Of a stretch of 64,000 nt of DNA, positions 18,555 through 28,899 are shown one piece after another. Position numbers and translations under genes: made by a program. Origin of the DNA: Ignavibacteriota bacterium (GTDB lineage Bacteria > Bacteroidota > Ignavibacteria > UBA10030 > CAVZMI01); the NCBI GenBank assembly GCA_963776275.1, contig CAVZMI010000023.1, positions 352,001 to 416,000 on the forward strand, written 5' to 3'. Every line of letters begins with the position of its first letter. Within the stretch, counting starts at the first letter, position 1. Under the pieces are notes generated by a model. That model was not told the DNA's origin. It made no database searches and worked only from the letters and a program-made list of their open reading frames with translations.

Positions 18555-20360
18555 TCAAAACCGATGTGCATAACTCAGTGACGCCTGCGTTTCGTTGAAA
18601 TTGGCACCCGCGCCAGATCCAGTGACATCTGAATATCGTATATTAAGATTCACCGTATCATTGTCCCAGACTGGATAACTCGACTGCAGCGTGACGCTGA
18701 GGGTTTTTGATTGCGCCGAGTTTGCGTCGGATAACGTAAATGAATTATTTAATTTTCCTTCAAACATACGATAATTTACAGTGATGCCAAGTGTCGTTAT
18801 ATCATCCTTCTCACCGCTAATTTGAGTGCTTGTAACACCCCCGAACGGATTCACACTCAGATCCTCTGTCAGCACACTCGAAATATTGACCATCATCGTT
18901 GTTGCTTGGGAAGAAAAATCCTTCCGGAAAATATTTCCATCATCGGATGTCTGAAATGAACCGGTCAGAGTCAGCGTATTAGCTACCGTCCCTATAGGAA
19001 TTAGGAACGAAAGATTAGCCATATAGGATGCCATGGTATTTTCAATCTTCATGGTATCGTTTGATGCGTCGTTCGATAGACCATTCGCAACATATGCTAA
19101 CATGGCAAACATCCAATTCGTCGGCCTGACTCCGAGGTTGACCGAGAGTGTCGATCGCTGCGTTGTAAACCATTTTTGTTCGGCAAGATTATCCGACGAT
19201 TGATCGTATGTTGCATTCAGAGAGATTCCCCCATCGAACAATTGAGTAGTCAATCCCAGATCGAAACCCTGACGATCGTTGATCTGAGAAGCTAGCCCGA
19301 GCGAGGTATAGCTCGCGCCGATCCTTGTAAATCCTCCGCGCAATGAGAAGACCTGGAAATCCAGAACGACACTTGTTTTCAGCGCATAGTCAGCGGAAGT
19401 GCTCATGCGCAGTGTATAGAGATTTTTCAGCGATGAGATGGCCTTGTTTTTAAGTGTTGATGTATCGGAGATTTCCGCAGCATTCATATCGCTCGTAAAC
19501 ATACATCCAGCCGCCTCACCGCGGAACGTGAACACCCCGTCGAAAAGTGAAAAGCCCGTACTGATTCCTGCAACAAGATTTTCCTGCGGTACGGTCAGAA
19601 ACGGGTCATTCTGTGTCGTCGCATAGAGCGAGTCGATCACCGAAGTGCTGTCCTTGTGTGGAAGAGAATCTGGTTTCTCAGGAATTTTCAACGAACTCGA
19701 GTTATCCCGGGCACGGAGAACTGTAATGTCGAAGAAATCCCCTCCTTCTCGGCCGATTCCGATTCGTCCGGCGGCAATCACCCGCTCAAAGGCGGCATCG
19801 ACGGCGTTCCCCTCCACCGCACGATGGGTGAGTCCTCCGATGGCAGCAAAGCGGAATATTCCGGGATTTATCTCAACCCCGCCGCCTCTGATCGTAACTC
19901 CATTTAGTGTAAAATCGGATAAAGAACTGCTGAAATCGCCGATATCGGCCCTTCCCCATGACCATTCGGGATGGATGGCAATCTGATCGAGCGACTGCTT
20001 CGCGGAATTGCCTTCGGTCGAGAGAAGAAAATTGAAATTCATCGTAAGGGTTTTGAATAATGAAATTGTCGGTTGAAAATAGAGTCTTCCAGTTGCCGAT
20101 GGTCTGCGATCATCTATCCCGGACGCATGGTACAACTCACCATACATACCGATTTCGCCGCTGAAAGTGACTATTTTTTCCAGTAGCGACAAAGAGTCCG
20201 AAGTTTGCACCGCCGAGATCGGAGCCAACTGAAGGGAATCCGATGAACGATCGGAATTCACTCGCGCCGTATCAATTTGTGCATAGCTAATCGAACAGAA
20301 TAATGTGCAGAGAAGTCCTCTGATGATCCAATGCCGGAAAAAATCACTTGTTGTACACAC
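18555..20360 (-). CDS. Uncharacterised outer-membrane beta-barrel (usher-like)
   Basis: Signal peptide, alternating amphipathic strands throughout, terminal LSYAHRF (BAM beta-signal), GDF.....FTLNG..IRG motif. Confidence 0.75.
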   Translation of the reverse strand: MCTTSDFFRHWIIRGLLCTLFCSISYAQIDTARVNSDRSSDSLQLAPISAVQTSDSLSLLEKIVTFSGEIGMYGELYHASGIDDRRPSATGRLYFQPTISLFKTLTMNFNFLLSTEGNSAKQSLDQIAIHPEWSWGRADIGDFSSSLSDFTLNGVTIRGGGVEINPGIFRFAAIGGLTHRAVEGNAVDAAFERVIAAGRIGIGREGGDFFDITVLRARDNSSSLKIPEKPDSLPHKDSTSVIDSLYATTQNDPFLTVPQENLVAGISTGFSLFDGVFTFRGEAAGCMFTSDMNAAEISDTSTLKNKAISSLKNLYTLRMSTSADYALKTSVVLDFQVFSLRGGFTRIGASYTSLGLASQINDRQGFDLGLTTQLFDGGISLNATYDQSSDNLAEQKWFTTQRSTLSVNLGVRPTNWMFAMLAYVANGLSNDASNDTMKIENTMASYMANLSFLIPIGTVANTLTLTGSFQTSDDGNIFRKDFSSQATTMMVNISSVLTEDLSVNPFGGVTSTQISGEKDDITTLGITVNYRMFEGKLNNSFTLSDANSAQSKTLSVTLQSSYPVWDNDTVNLNIRYSDVTGSGAGANFNETQASLSYAHRF

Positions 20361-20385
20361 CGATGTACTCCTTCGTCAGGTATTT

Positions 20386-22416
20386 TTATGGACGAATCGA
20401 AATCTCCTTGCTTGGATTACTCTCCCGGCCATTTTTCCAGACCGTCGTTACGGTATAGAAATATAATTGCCCGCTCTTGACAGTGCGATCGAGAAATTCC
20501 TGTTTCTCGGACTTCACAGTTCCTACCACAACCTCTTTTCCATCAAGCTGTGTTCTGTGGATTTTGTATGACATTACATCGGGATGAGCGACGGCACCCC
20601 ATCTAAGCATAACTCCATCCGTGGTTTTTTCGACACGAATACCCGCTGGGGATAACGGCAGTTCAAGTAGAATATTTACCCGTTCGCTGGCACTGAGAGA
20701 ACTCACCCCATTGAAAAAATCGACTGACTGCACCGCATATTCATATATTTTCCCTTCACCGACACTTTGATCATCATAATAATTCAGGGTGTAGGGAAGG
20801 AGTGAATCGACAAGTTTCTTAAATTCCTGCCGTTTCGATCCCTGACCGGCATCTTCGCGCCTGTAGATATAATACCCCTTGATGGTTACATCTGACGCTT
20901 TCATATCCAACCAGTGCAATCGTACTTCTTTTCCGTCGACCACAGCCGTGAATTTCAACGGCGTAAGGGGCACAGTGGGTATCAATGGTCGTATTGAAAT
21001 CGTGTCGGCAAACTCCCCGAGGACATGACTTTTACTCTCACTCTTAATGGAATAGACATACGTAATTTCCCCGACCAGTACAGAGCTTGTGTCAATGTAT
21101 GTCCCTCCCATCTCTTTTTCTTTGAAAGGAATTAGAGGCGAGATCTCTTCGAGAGGATCGCTTCCTCCTTTTCCCCTGTACACATAAAATCCATTGACAT
21201 CTTTATCCTTCACTTCCCATTGAAGACGAACACCGTTTTTTATTCCCTCGCCGCGAAGGTTGACTGGCGGCAGAGGCATATCAGCACTACGATATAATCC
21301 GATCACTTTCGCCGTCGGCACCGATTCTTCTCCCAGCGGACCTGTCATCGTCATGTAATAATAGTATCGAACCATCGGTTGAACAGATTGATCGATATAC
21401 TCGGAATCCATAGGCGCGACGGTCGCTATCGGTTTGTATCCCTTATCCCAATCGTCACTCCGAAAAATCTTCAGGCTTTTGACCGCGGCGGGTTCATTTA
21501 TATGCCATCGCAGACGGAGTCCGCCGAGTTTATCAAGGCTTTCTGCTTTCAACCGGTCGGGTAGCCGTATTGCTGCGAAACTTGTTGATGAAATGACAAC
21601 GGTATCCGACGGGTTTCCTGTATTGCCGTAGAAATCCTTCGGTACGAGAAAATATGCATACATTTGTTTAATCTGGACTGATGTATCACGAACCGTGTAG
21701 TAGGCAGAATCCCGCCGTTGTAAAATAACACGCACAGGATAAACATGCATGAATGAAGCGTGCATCCCATCTTTTCTATATACATCCATGCTTGCAGGTT
21801 TTTTCCCTGCTCCCATCCCCCACGATATTCCAATCTGATTGCCCTGAGAATTTTTTTCCACAAGCCGTAAACGGGGATATTGAACCACCTGTGGATATGA
21901 GACAGCCGGTGACGTAAAAATAATCCTGATATTTTTAAAAGTATCAATTTTTGAAACCTGATATTCATATTGAACGCCTTTTTCCGCTGTCGTATCGAGA
22001 TAGCTCGTTCCTAATGCAATCCGAACCGGCAGTATTGCTCCCCAAGTCTTTAGCGAATCCATCCGTCTCCATTTTTCCACACGTTCCCATAACATTTTCG
22101 CTGGTATTTTCTCGATCGCCAGCGGTTCCGGAACAAGCGGCATAATTTCGCCGAGGCGGCCGGTAAATTCGTAAAGCGACTGTGCCGATACAACATCGGC
22201 TATCAGGTTCCACGATTTTTCGGTTTTTTTCTTACGCTCAATCCGATACCCTGCAACATTTTGCACAGGTTTTTTCGGTGAGACAATATCATTCCCAACA
22301 TGAATATAGATTCCTCGCGGACCGCCTCCCACAACCGCCTTGAGAGGTTGTTGTGCAGTTACGATACCGCAGACAAGGAAAACGGTTACGATGTTAATCA
22401 AGATTGATATTTTCAT
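20386..22416 (-). CDS. Exported multi-fibronectin type III protein (about 6 FN3 domains, no T9SS CTD)
   Basis: Signal peptide; repeated L.W.....GY.IYR....Y.D..V..G..Y.Y.V...D..G.ES..S. Confidence 0.85.
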   Translation of the reverse strand: MKISILINIVTVFLVCGIVTAQQPLKAVVGGGPRGIYIHVGNDIVSPKKPVQNVAGYRIERKKKTEKSWNLIADVVSAQSLYEFTGRLGEIMPLVPEPLAIEKIPAKMLWERVEKWRRMDSLKTWGAILPVRIALGTSYLDTTAEKGVQYEYQVSKIDTFKNIRIIFTSPAVSYPQVVQYPRLRLVEKNSQGNQIGISWGMGAGKKPASMDVYRKDGMHASFMHVYPVRVILQRRDSAYYTVRDTSVQIKQMYAYFLVPKDFYGNTGNPSDTVVISSTSFAAIRLPDRLKAESLDKLGGLRLRWHINEPAAVKSLKIFRSDDWDKGYKPIATVAPMDSEYIDQSVQPMVRYYYYMTMTGPLGEESVPTAKVIGLYRSADMPLPPVNLRGEGIKNGVRLQWEVKDKDVNGFYVYRGKGGSDPLEEISPLIPFKEKEMGGTYIDTSSVLVGEITYVYSIKSESKSHVLGEFADTISIRPLIPTVPLTPLKFTAVVDGKEVRLHWLDMKASDVTIKGYYIYRREDAGQGSKRQEFKKLVDSLLPYTLNYYDDQSVGEGKIYEYAVQSVDFFNGVSSLSASERVNILLELPLSPAGIRVEKTTDGVMLRWGAVAHPDVMSYKIHRTQLDGKEVVVGTVKSEKQEFLDRTVKSGQLYFYTVTTVWKNGRESNPSKEISIRP

Positions 22417-22426
22417 TGGTTTGCTC

Positions 22427-25400
22427 TCACTTTATATATGGAGTAATACTTTTTCCGTCACTTCCGAGATGTGCCTTTAGTCCCACGGTGATACATCCAC
22501 CCACTTCATGTTTATCACAGAATGTCCCATCGCAGTCCGAGTCGCATACTCCCCATCCGGCATACGCCGAGCCGCATAACGATATCGAAGCATCGCCTTC
22601 GACAAACCAGTCGCCATTGGTGCTGATCTGCCCTCCATATCCGGCAATCACAATAGCGGATGCTTTGAGTCCGGCACATGCAATTCCGATCGACCCGCCA
22701 ATTCCTGCTCCAGCTTCTCCGAAGATGTTTACTCCCGTGGAGTATGATATTCCGCCGTCAAAATTCATACCTATGCTTTGATCACCGCCGATGTTGACAT
22801 ATAACTCACCCGAAACGATGAAGAAATTGAATCCTAGACTTGGAATGAATGGCATTTGCATCTCGCCTTCGCCATAAAATCCCTTGATATGCGCCGGAAA
22901 TGCAGTGGGAAACTCACCTTTGTGTTGATAAATCCAGGAGAATTGGCCGAATAGATTTTTAATATGATCCGTCATGGGGTAATTGCCAAAAATCACAGCG
23001 GCCTGTCCGCCGAATCCTACAAGTTTCAGGTTTGCTCCGGCCAGGAAATACCACCCATCGTTATCAATCAACACCTCAGCAACACCTGCAACCTCTGTAG
23101 GTCCGAGATTGATTCCCTGACTGAAATCGACCGATCCGAAAAGACGGTGATTGACAAAATCATACGTGAGGCTGATATTTCCGAATGGTAAAGGAATATT
23201 TTTTACACCAACCTGTTGATTATTGGCAAGAATCTCACCATACACCGTGAAGGCGAGTCTGCCGGTGGCTCCTTCAGTTCCCGTCATGTCTCCGGCGAAC
23301 CATAGATTAGTCCAGGTACCGCTCTCCACATGCATATTACCGGCAATCGCATTCAGCTTCGATGAACTGTTAGCCGCGATATCAAGCGATTGTCCCGGAT
23401 CAATCCAGAGTGATGTCGAATCGGGTGTCCGGAATAAATGTAGCGTAAAAGCAAATTTCCCTGCTTCGGAAACCGCTCCTTTCGCGATAAATCCGTGTTC
23501 GTCAAGCGTTTGCGGATTATTTGCATTACCCGGAATGTCGATATGCACACCCTTTGTATCAAATTTGAAATTGATAGGATCGAACGAAAAGGCGATATTA
23601 TTATTGATGTCTTTGTAGTAATCAATCGACGTTGTTTTACCGCCGCCGTCAAGTGGAATATGAAGATCAAACGAACCTGGAATATTTACACGATTCGGAT
23701 AGACAACGATCTTGACCGGTGTGAACGACACTGCATTATAGAGTGTAATGGGCGGAGCATTAGGATCCGCAGCAAATCCCGTCTCCCCGTTACTCAACAC
23801 ATAAAATGAACCGAACGAAATTTTATCGCCTTGACTCATGCCGGGAAGCGTATTAATCATTGCACATTCACTCATCCCCGATTTCGGTATCACCATCAGC
23901 GACCAGTGCCCTTTCGGTTCATCAATACCTGCATAGGGGTTGTACACAAAACTTGCATCTCCGGTGATCACCAGAGGTACTATTCCACCCAGCGTCAAGT
24001 TTTTTAAATCAAAACTCGACTTCTCCGTTTCCAACTTTACCGGTGTGATCGGAAGGTCTTTTGTGAACGGAACATCCACCAGTCCGGTTTTTATCGCTCC
24101 GGTATGAAGCACCAGGCCGGAACCATTAAAGCTCCAATCACTGCTCACCACCTGCCATTTCTCAAGTTGAGCGGAAATTTCGTTGGTACTCTGAACACTC
24201 TCAACACTATTCGGAGTAATCACAATAACACCGACATCGAGATTTAAATCGGAGGGAGTTATTGTCGGTATGTTCGTATGAAGATGCGTAGCCAGTCTCA
24301 GTGCTCCAGTCGTCGCATATGATGTATTGGAATCAGCAACAGCGTTTTTATCGAATGTATGTAGAGTATAGCGGAGTGCACTGCCGCTGGCATCGACCAC
24401 GTTGAAGCCATCCGGAACCTGTGCAAGATCCGATTGAGATGCGGCAACAACCGGGACATTCATTCTCACGCTCATATTCGATGTTCCCGGAAGAATAAGC
24501 ACAATACTATCTTTCGGGAACGACACTGCCCCACCGGTACTGAACGATCCGGCATAAATCGCCACTTTCCCCCTAATCACACCTGAGCCGCTTTTCTTCA
24601 GATCCTCAACCAGCAATGTACCTGTTTTCCCATATTGGCTTACCGTACCGTTGAATGACTTCAAAATTTTTGTTATTTCGAGTACTTTGATATCCACCGG
24701 TACTACTCCGGCATCCGGTTGTGCTACCGGCACATTATTGCTATTTAATTTACTCCCCGGGCCAATGATGATGTCGTAAAATGTCAATGTCTTGGATGTA
24801 TCGATTTCAAATTGCATATTAGATGGCAGCGTGACGAAACGGCCCGATATCTTTGCTTTCGTTCCGGCTTGCGGTGTTAGCTTTGTAATTTCAACCGGCA
24901 AATCGAGCAGACGCGTGATATCCATGTCGTTGTAGACTTTCAGATGAAATTTCAGGGAATCGATTGGTACCCACATAGGTTTGCCTGACGGTTTTCCCTG
25001 CATTATAGCGCCGGGGGGATAGACATATATTCTTATCCCAGATTCCTCAACGTCGATATTTGCCGAGTCCCCGATCGTCCCTCCCTTCACTGCAAAGAAT
25101 GTGTGGATTCCTACAGGAACATTTCGCAATGTGTACGAGCCATTCGCTACGGTCATGCAGTCAACCTGTTCAACTTCGCCCGATCCTTCCTGTGCCATAT
25201 AGACATGCGCACCCTCCACAGCCTGATCCTTACCGACAAAGACCTTCCCGATTATACGGCCGGCTACCGGTAGATATACCCCCACCGAATGCCAGCCTTT
25301 CAAACACGAATCGGCTGTGGATACGAACTGGGTTTCAAAGTCCTGGTCTGCCGGACCCTGACCCGGATTTTGAAGCTTTTTGCATCGCTCTGGAAAACAA

Positions 25401-28400
25401 AATAAGCATGCCCGCCTATATCGGTGACCTGCGGCGCGACACCCGTGAGATTGAGAAACTCAACCTGTGCTCCCTTGACAAAAATAAGTTGTGAATTATT
25501 AGGTTCTTTTGCGATCGTGTTGACTCTTACATCAATTCTGTGAAGTTTCCTGTACGCGGTGAGCTTCCCTATGTTTTGATTTTGCTTGAAAATGTAGAGT
25601 GATGTATCCGAAATGATATACTTATCATGATTCACCGGTTCGATAGTTATGTTTTGCACCCCGGTCGGTGCCGGAAGCTCGAAAGTGTATTTCGTACATA
25701 CATATGTTTTCGCCGAGTATCCCTGTTGAGAGGATCCTATCGTAACCATCTTGGACTCTGCACATCCCGTCTTTATTTTCGCCCCTCCTTGAATTCCAAT
25801 GTATGTGTCAACCGGTACTCCGGTTTCATCAACTACTTCTCCGGAAATACTTCCTGCGGGGAAAATCGTGAGGGGATCGATAACTTGCTTCAGACCCTTA
25901 GAAAGCCTTTGAATGTAAGGGGGGGTCAGTATTGTATCCCGAAAGCCCATGCTATGACAGTAAATATAAAGCTTTCGATCAGTGCCCGTTTGGATTTTCC
26001 GGGAGATTATCAAACTTCACATATCCCGCCGAATCGGTTTGCTTATTCCAGCTTGACGATCCATCACTCAGGTAGGCCGTTACATTGGGTGCAGGCAATT
26101 TTGTGTCGCTCCGATAGATGTTTGCCGCGACATATGGTGGAAGCGGCTCCAGCTCGCAGAACATGTAATCTATATGCGGAGGATTTATCTGATAATCTTC
26201 ATTGTAGACCGCATGTTCCCCGTCACAGTTGTATGTAAACGGCACCCAGTATGTTTTATAATTGTATAACCCTTTCGGATCCGATTCCAGTAAGAGGAAA
26301 TATTTATCCTGTGTATTATTATTATCATTTTTCACCAGATTGGTAAATTTAATTCTTCCCTTCTGTTTTGTCTCCGGATCGATAGTCGTCACATCCTTTG
26401 CGATGATATCGAACGTATAAGCTCCATATTTTTTCGTCTTGGGAGTCCCTGCATATCCGCCGCATTCATCTGACGGGATCGTCAGCGGATGTTTCACCCG
26501 AAGAATGTATGCGTAAATATTATTCAATGGATTCTTTGTTTCTTTATCAAATGCAGCAACACGAAACTGGTACGCTCGAACCAAACAACATAGCGAACCG
26601 AAATCCTGAAAATTCAGAGGCTGGAGCTCAATATCGGCATAGTTGGGATTTCCCTCGCCGGGGCTGCAATAGTATGGGTTATCCAGGATGATTCGTGCCA
26701 CACGGTAGAGGCTTCCTTTGTATATTGTGGGAAATTCAGTAGGACCGGTCTTGAAGGTCTGATTAGTTGCTATGACTCCTATACTGTCGAAAAATGTCGG
26801 TGACATCGTCAGGTAGAATCCCACCCTTCCGGTCGAATCACTTGTCGATACACCAAGTTCCTGATTTGCATCAGAGCGATTCACAAGTCCTGTCACATCA
26901 GCAACTCCGCCGCCGCTTTTATGAAGGATATACTTTAATACCAGCCGTGCCCGAACACCAGCAAGAGGTTTATTACACGACCCGTTCGGAAATTTATATG
27001 TCAGATGTCCGGTAATATACGATGATAAATACTGAGGATTGATTTCCGTGTACAGAAACGGGAGAGGATATTCTTCAACAAACGTTGCATTATCTGTCTT
27101 ATCATAATTGAGCGGTGGATTCGGTGTCCCGTCAAATTTTATTGTGAGATCTGAGTAAGAAACCATTGCGATCCAACCTGGACTTTTAATTTCGAGTCTA
27201 TAACCGTCGAAGGGTTTACGATTCTGTACAAGACACGCAAATTGCACCTGCCCGCTCTCGACAGAATCCTTCGCTACCAGCGTCCAGCTTCCCGACTTCG
27301 GACGGGGGTCGAGTGGATCTCCTTCATCCTTTGGAAGATCCGGATAGGTAACAAGCCGGTAAAGATATGCAACGGTCCCTTTCTTTGCATGTCCTCCGGG
27401 TTGTGAGGGATCCCATATTTGAACCGTGAGATTGTACTGGCGGGCCTTAGCCATTAAAATACCAACATTGAGGTTCCCTTTGGGTTTAAACATAATGTCT
27501 GTACCCGGGCTGAGGTAATACGGACTCGAGACTATCACGCGTCCGGCACGATATAGATCTCCCTTAGTGAGCCCTTTATTCGGGACGTATATGTTCGTGT
27601 CTTTTGCAATAAGTCTTGTGCTGTCGGAAGTAATAAAATCGAATGAAAAATTTCCGTTACCGTCGGTTGTTGTCGATGCCAGTTCCTTACCCATATCAGA
27701 ATATGGGATGAAGAATCCCGGTTTCAGCACATAGGGAAGTCCGACTTTCGGGTGAAATATATATTCTACCAGCAATTTGATTGCCATATTGGCAAGTACT
27801 CGAGCCGGTCGACTCGATCCGGGCCAATTATAATGCAATATGCCCTGAACCCTTGTCAGTCCTGGCGGTTGAAGAAGAGGCAGAGTAAATGACGTCGACA
27901 TCTTTTTATATCTGAAAGTCCAGATTTCACTCTTACCATTATTTGCTGCGGCAGGTGTTCCATTCTGATCAAGCGCCTGAATCTGCCATGCGTATTGTCT
28001 CCCTATTTCAATTGGAAGTGCGCTGGGTGGGTACACAAGCATATTAATATTCGTGAGTATCTGTTCAAATTGAGGGACATTTGCAGATAATGCTTTCTCG
28101 GGCTGCTGTCCCTGAAGTACTTCACAGATTCGTATCGCATAGCGGATAGTCATTCCCGGCGGTACAAGCACCGGAGTCCATTGAAATGTTGGATATGCGA
28201 GAGAAACTGTATCCTTGTTTTGTGGCACAACAAGCTGCGGTTGATCCGGTAGGACTATGCTGAAGGACTTACAATCCTGGGTGAGCTGTTTTTCCTGTTG
28301 ATCGAGTACAGCGATGCAGAGAGTGTAGTCATCCTCAGGAAGGCGGCCGGATTTTTTTATGATAGAAGCAAAAGTACCATTGTAGATCGCCTCATTAATT

Positions 28401-28756
28401 TTTAACATTTGATTATTATGGAAATTCCAGGTAGCGGGTCCGGTGAGCTGCATAGGATTCCCTTTAATCGTAGCAACCTGACCGAACCGTTTACTCGTTA
28501 CAATGCCTCGGAATGTAATCGTCACCGTTTTTTTCTGAATATAGGATAAATTATAGGTAACGATCTGTGGATTATTCTGCCATTGACTCAGGTATGGTGA
28601 TGGATTCGGCATAATATTCAGAAAAGATAACCAGTCCGGACTCTGGGCAATAAGGGTACACTGAGGCACACACAGGAGTGACAGAATTGCCACGATGATA
28701 TAGAATGGGAGAAAACAGTGTGCCTTTCGCAGATACGAGATGATTTGGGAAATCAT
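22427..28756 (-). CDS. Giant exported protein (~2109 aa) with TANFOR-like N-terminus; split by compensating indels at ~25986 (+1) and ~25357 (-1)
   Basis: ORFs 25979-28756 and 22427-25303 share a frame and the 6330-nt span is divisible by 3; junctions read ...PNGTDRKLY... and ...RV(R)GPADQDFETQ...CLKGWHS; N-terminal P.PSPYLS...GRLPEDDY.LC...P.L..P...FQWTP. Confidence 0.75.
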
Positions 28757-28899
28757 AGGAACTCCAATCGTAATGGATAATTCACGTTCTCTCCGGAATC
28801 GGATAGAGGTGTTTCCTTTATTTCTTAGAAAAGAACTCGTGCGACATTCGTATAATAATATTGATCGACGGCTTCCGAATTGTGTTTAGTATCACGCGA

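Noticed and set aside
18328-18558. 76-aa ORF between the barrel and propeller genes
   Set aside because: AT-rich with intergenic-like composition and no motif; the overlap with the barrel stop may be chance, though it cannot be fully excluded
25950-25990. Selenocysteine or readthrough at the TGA ending ORF 25979-28756
   Set aside because: The same frame hits TAG nine codons later; the coding sequence continues in another frame
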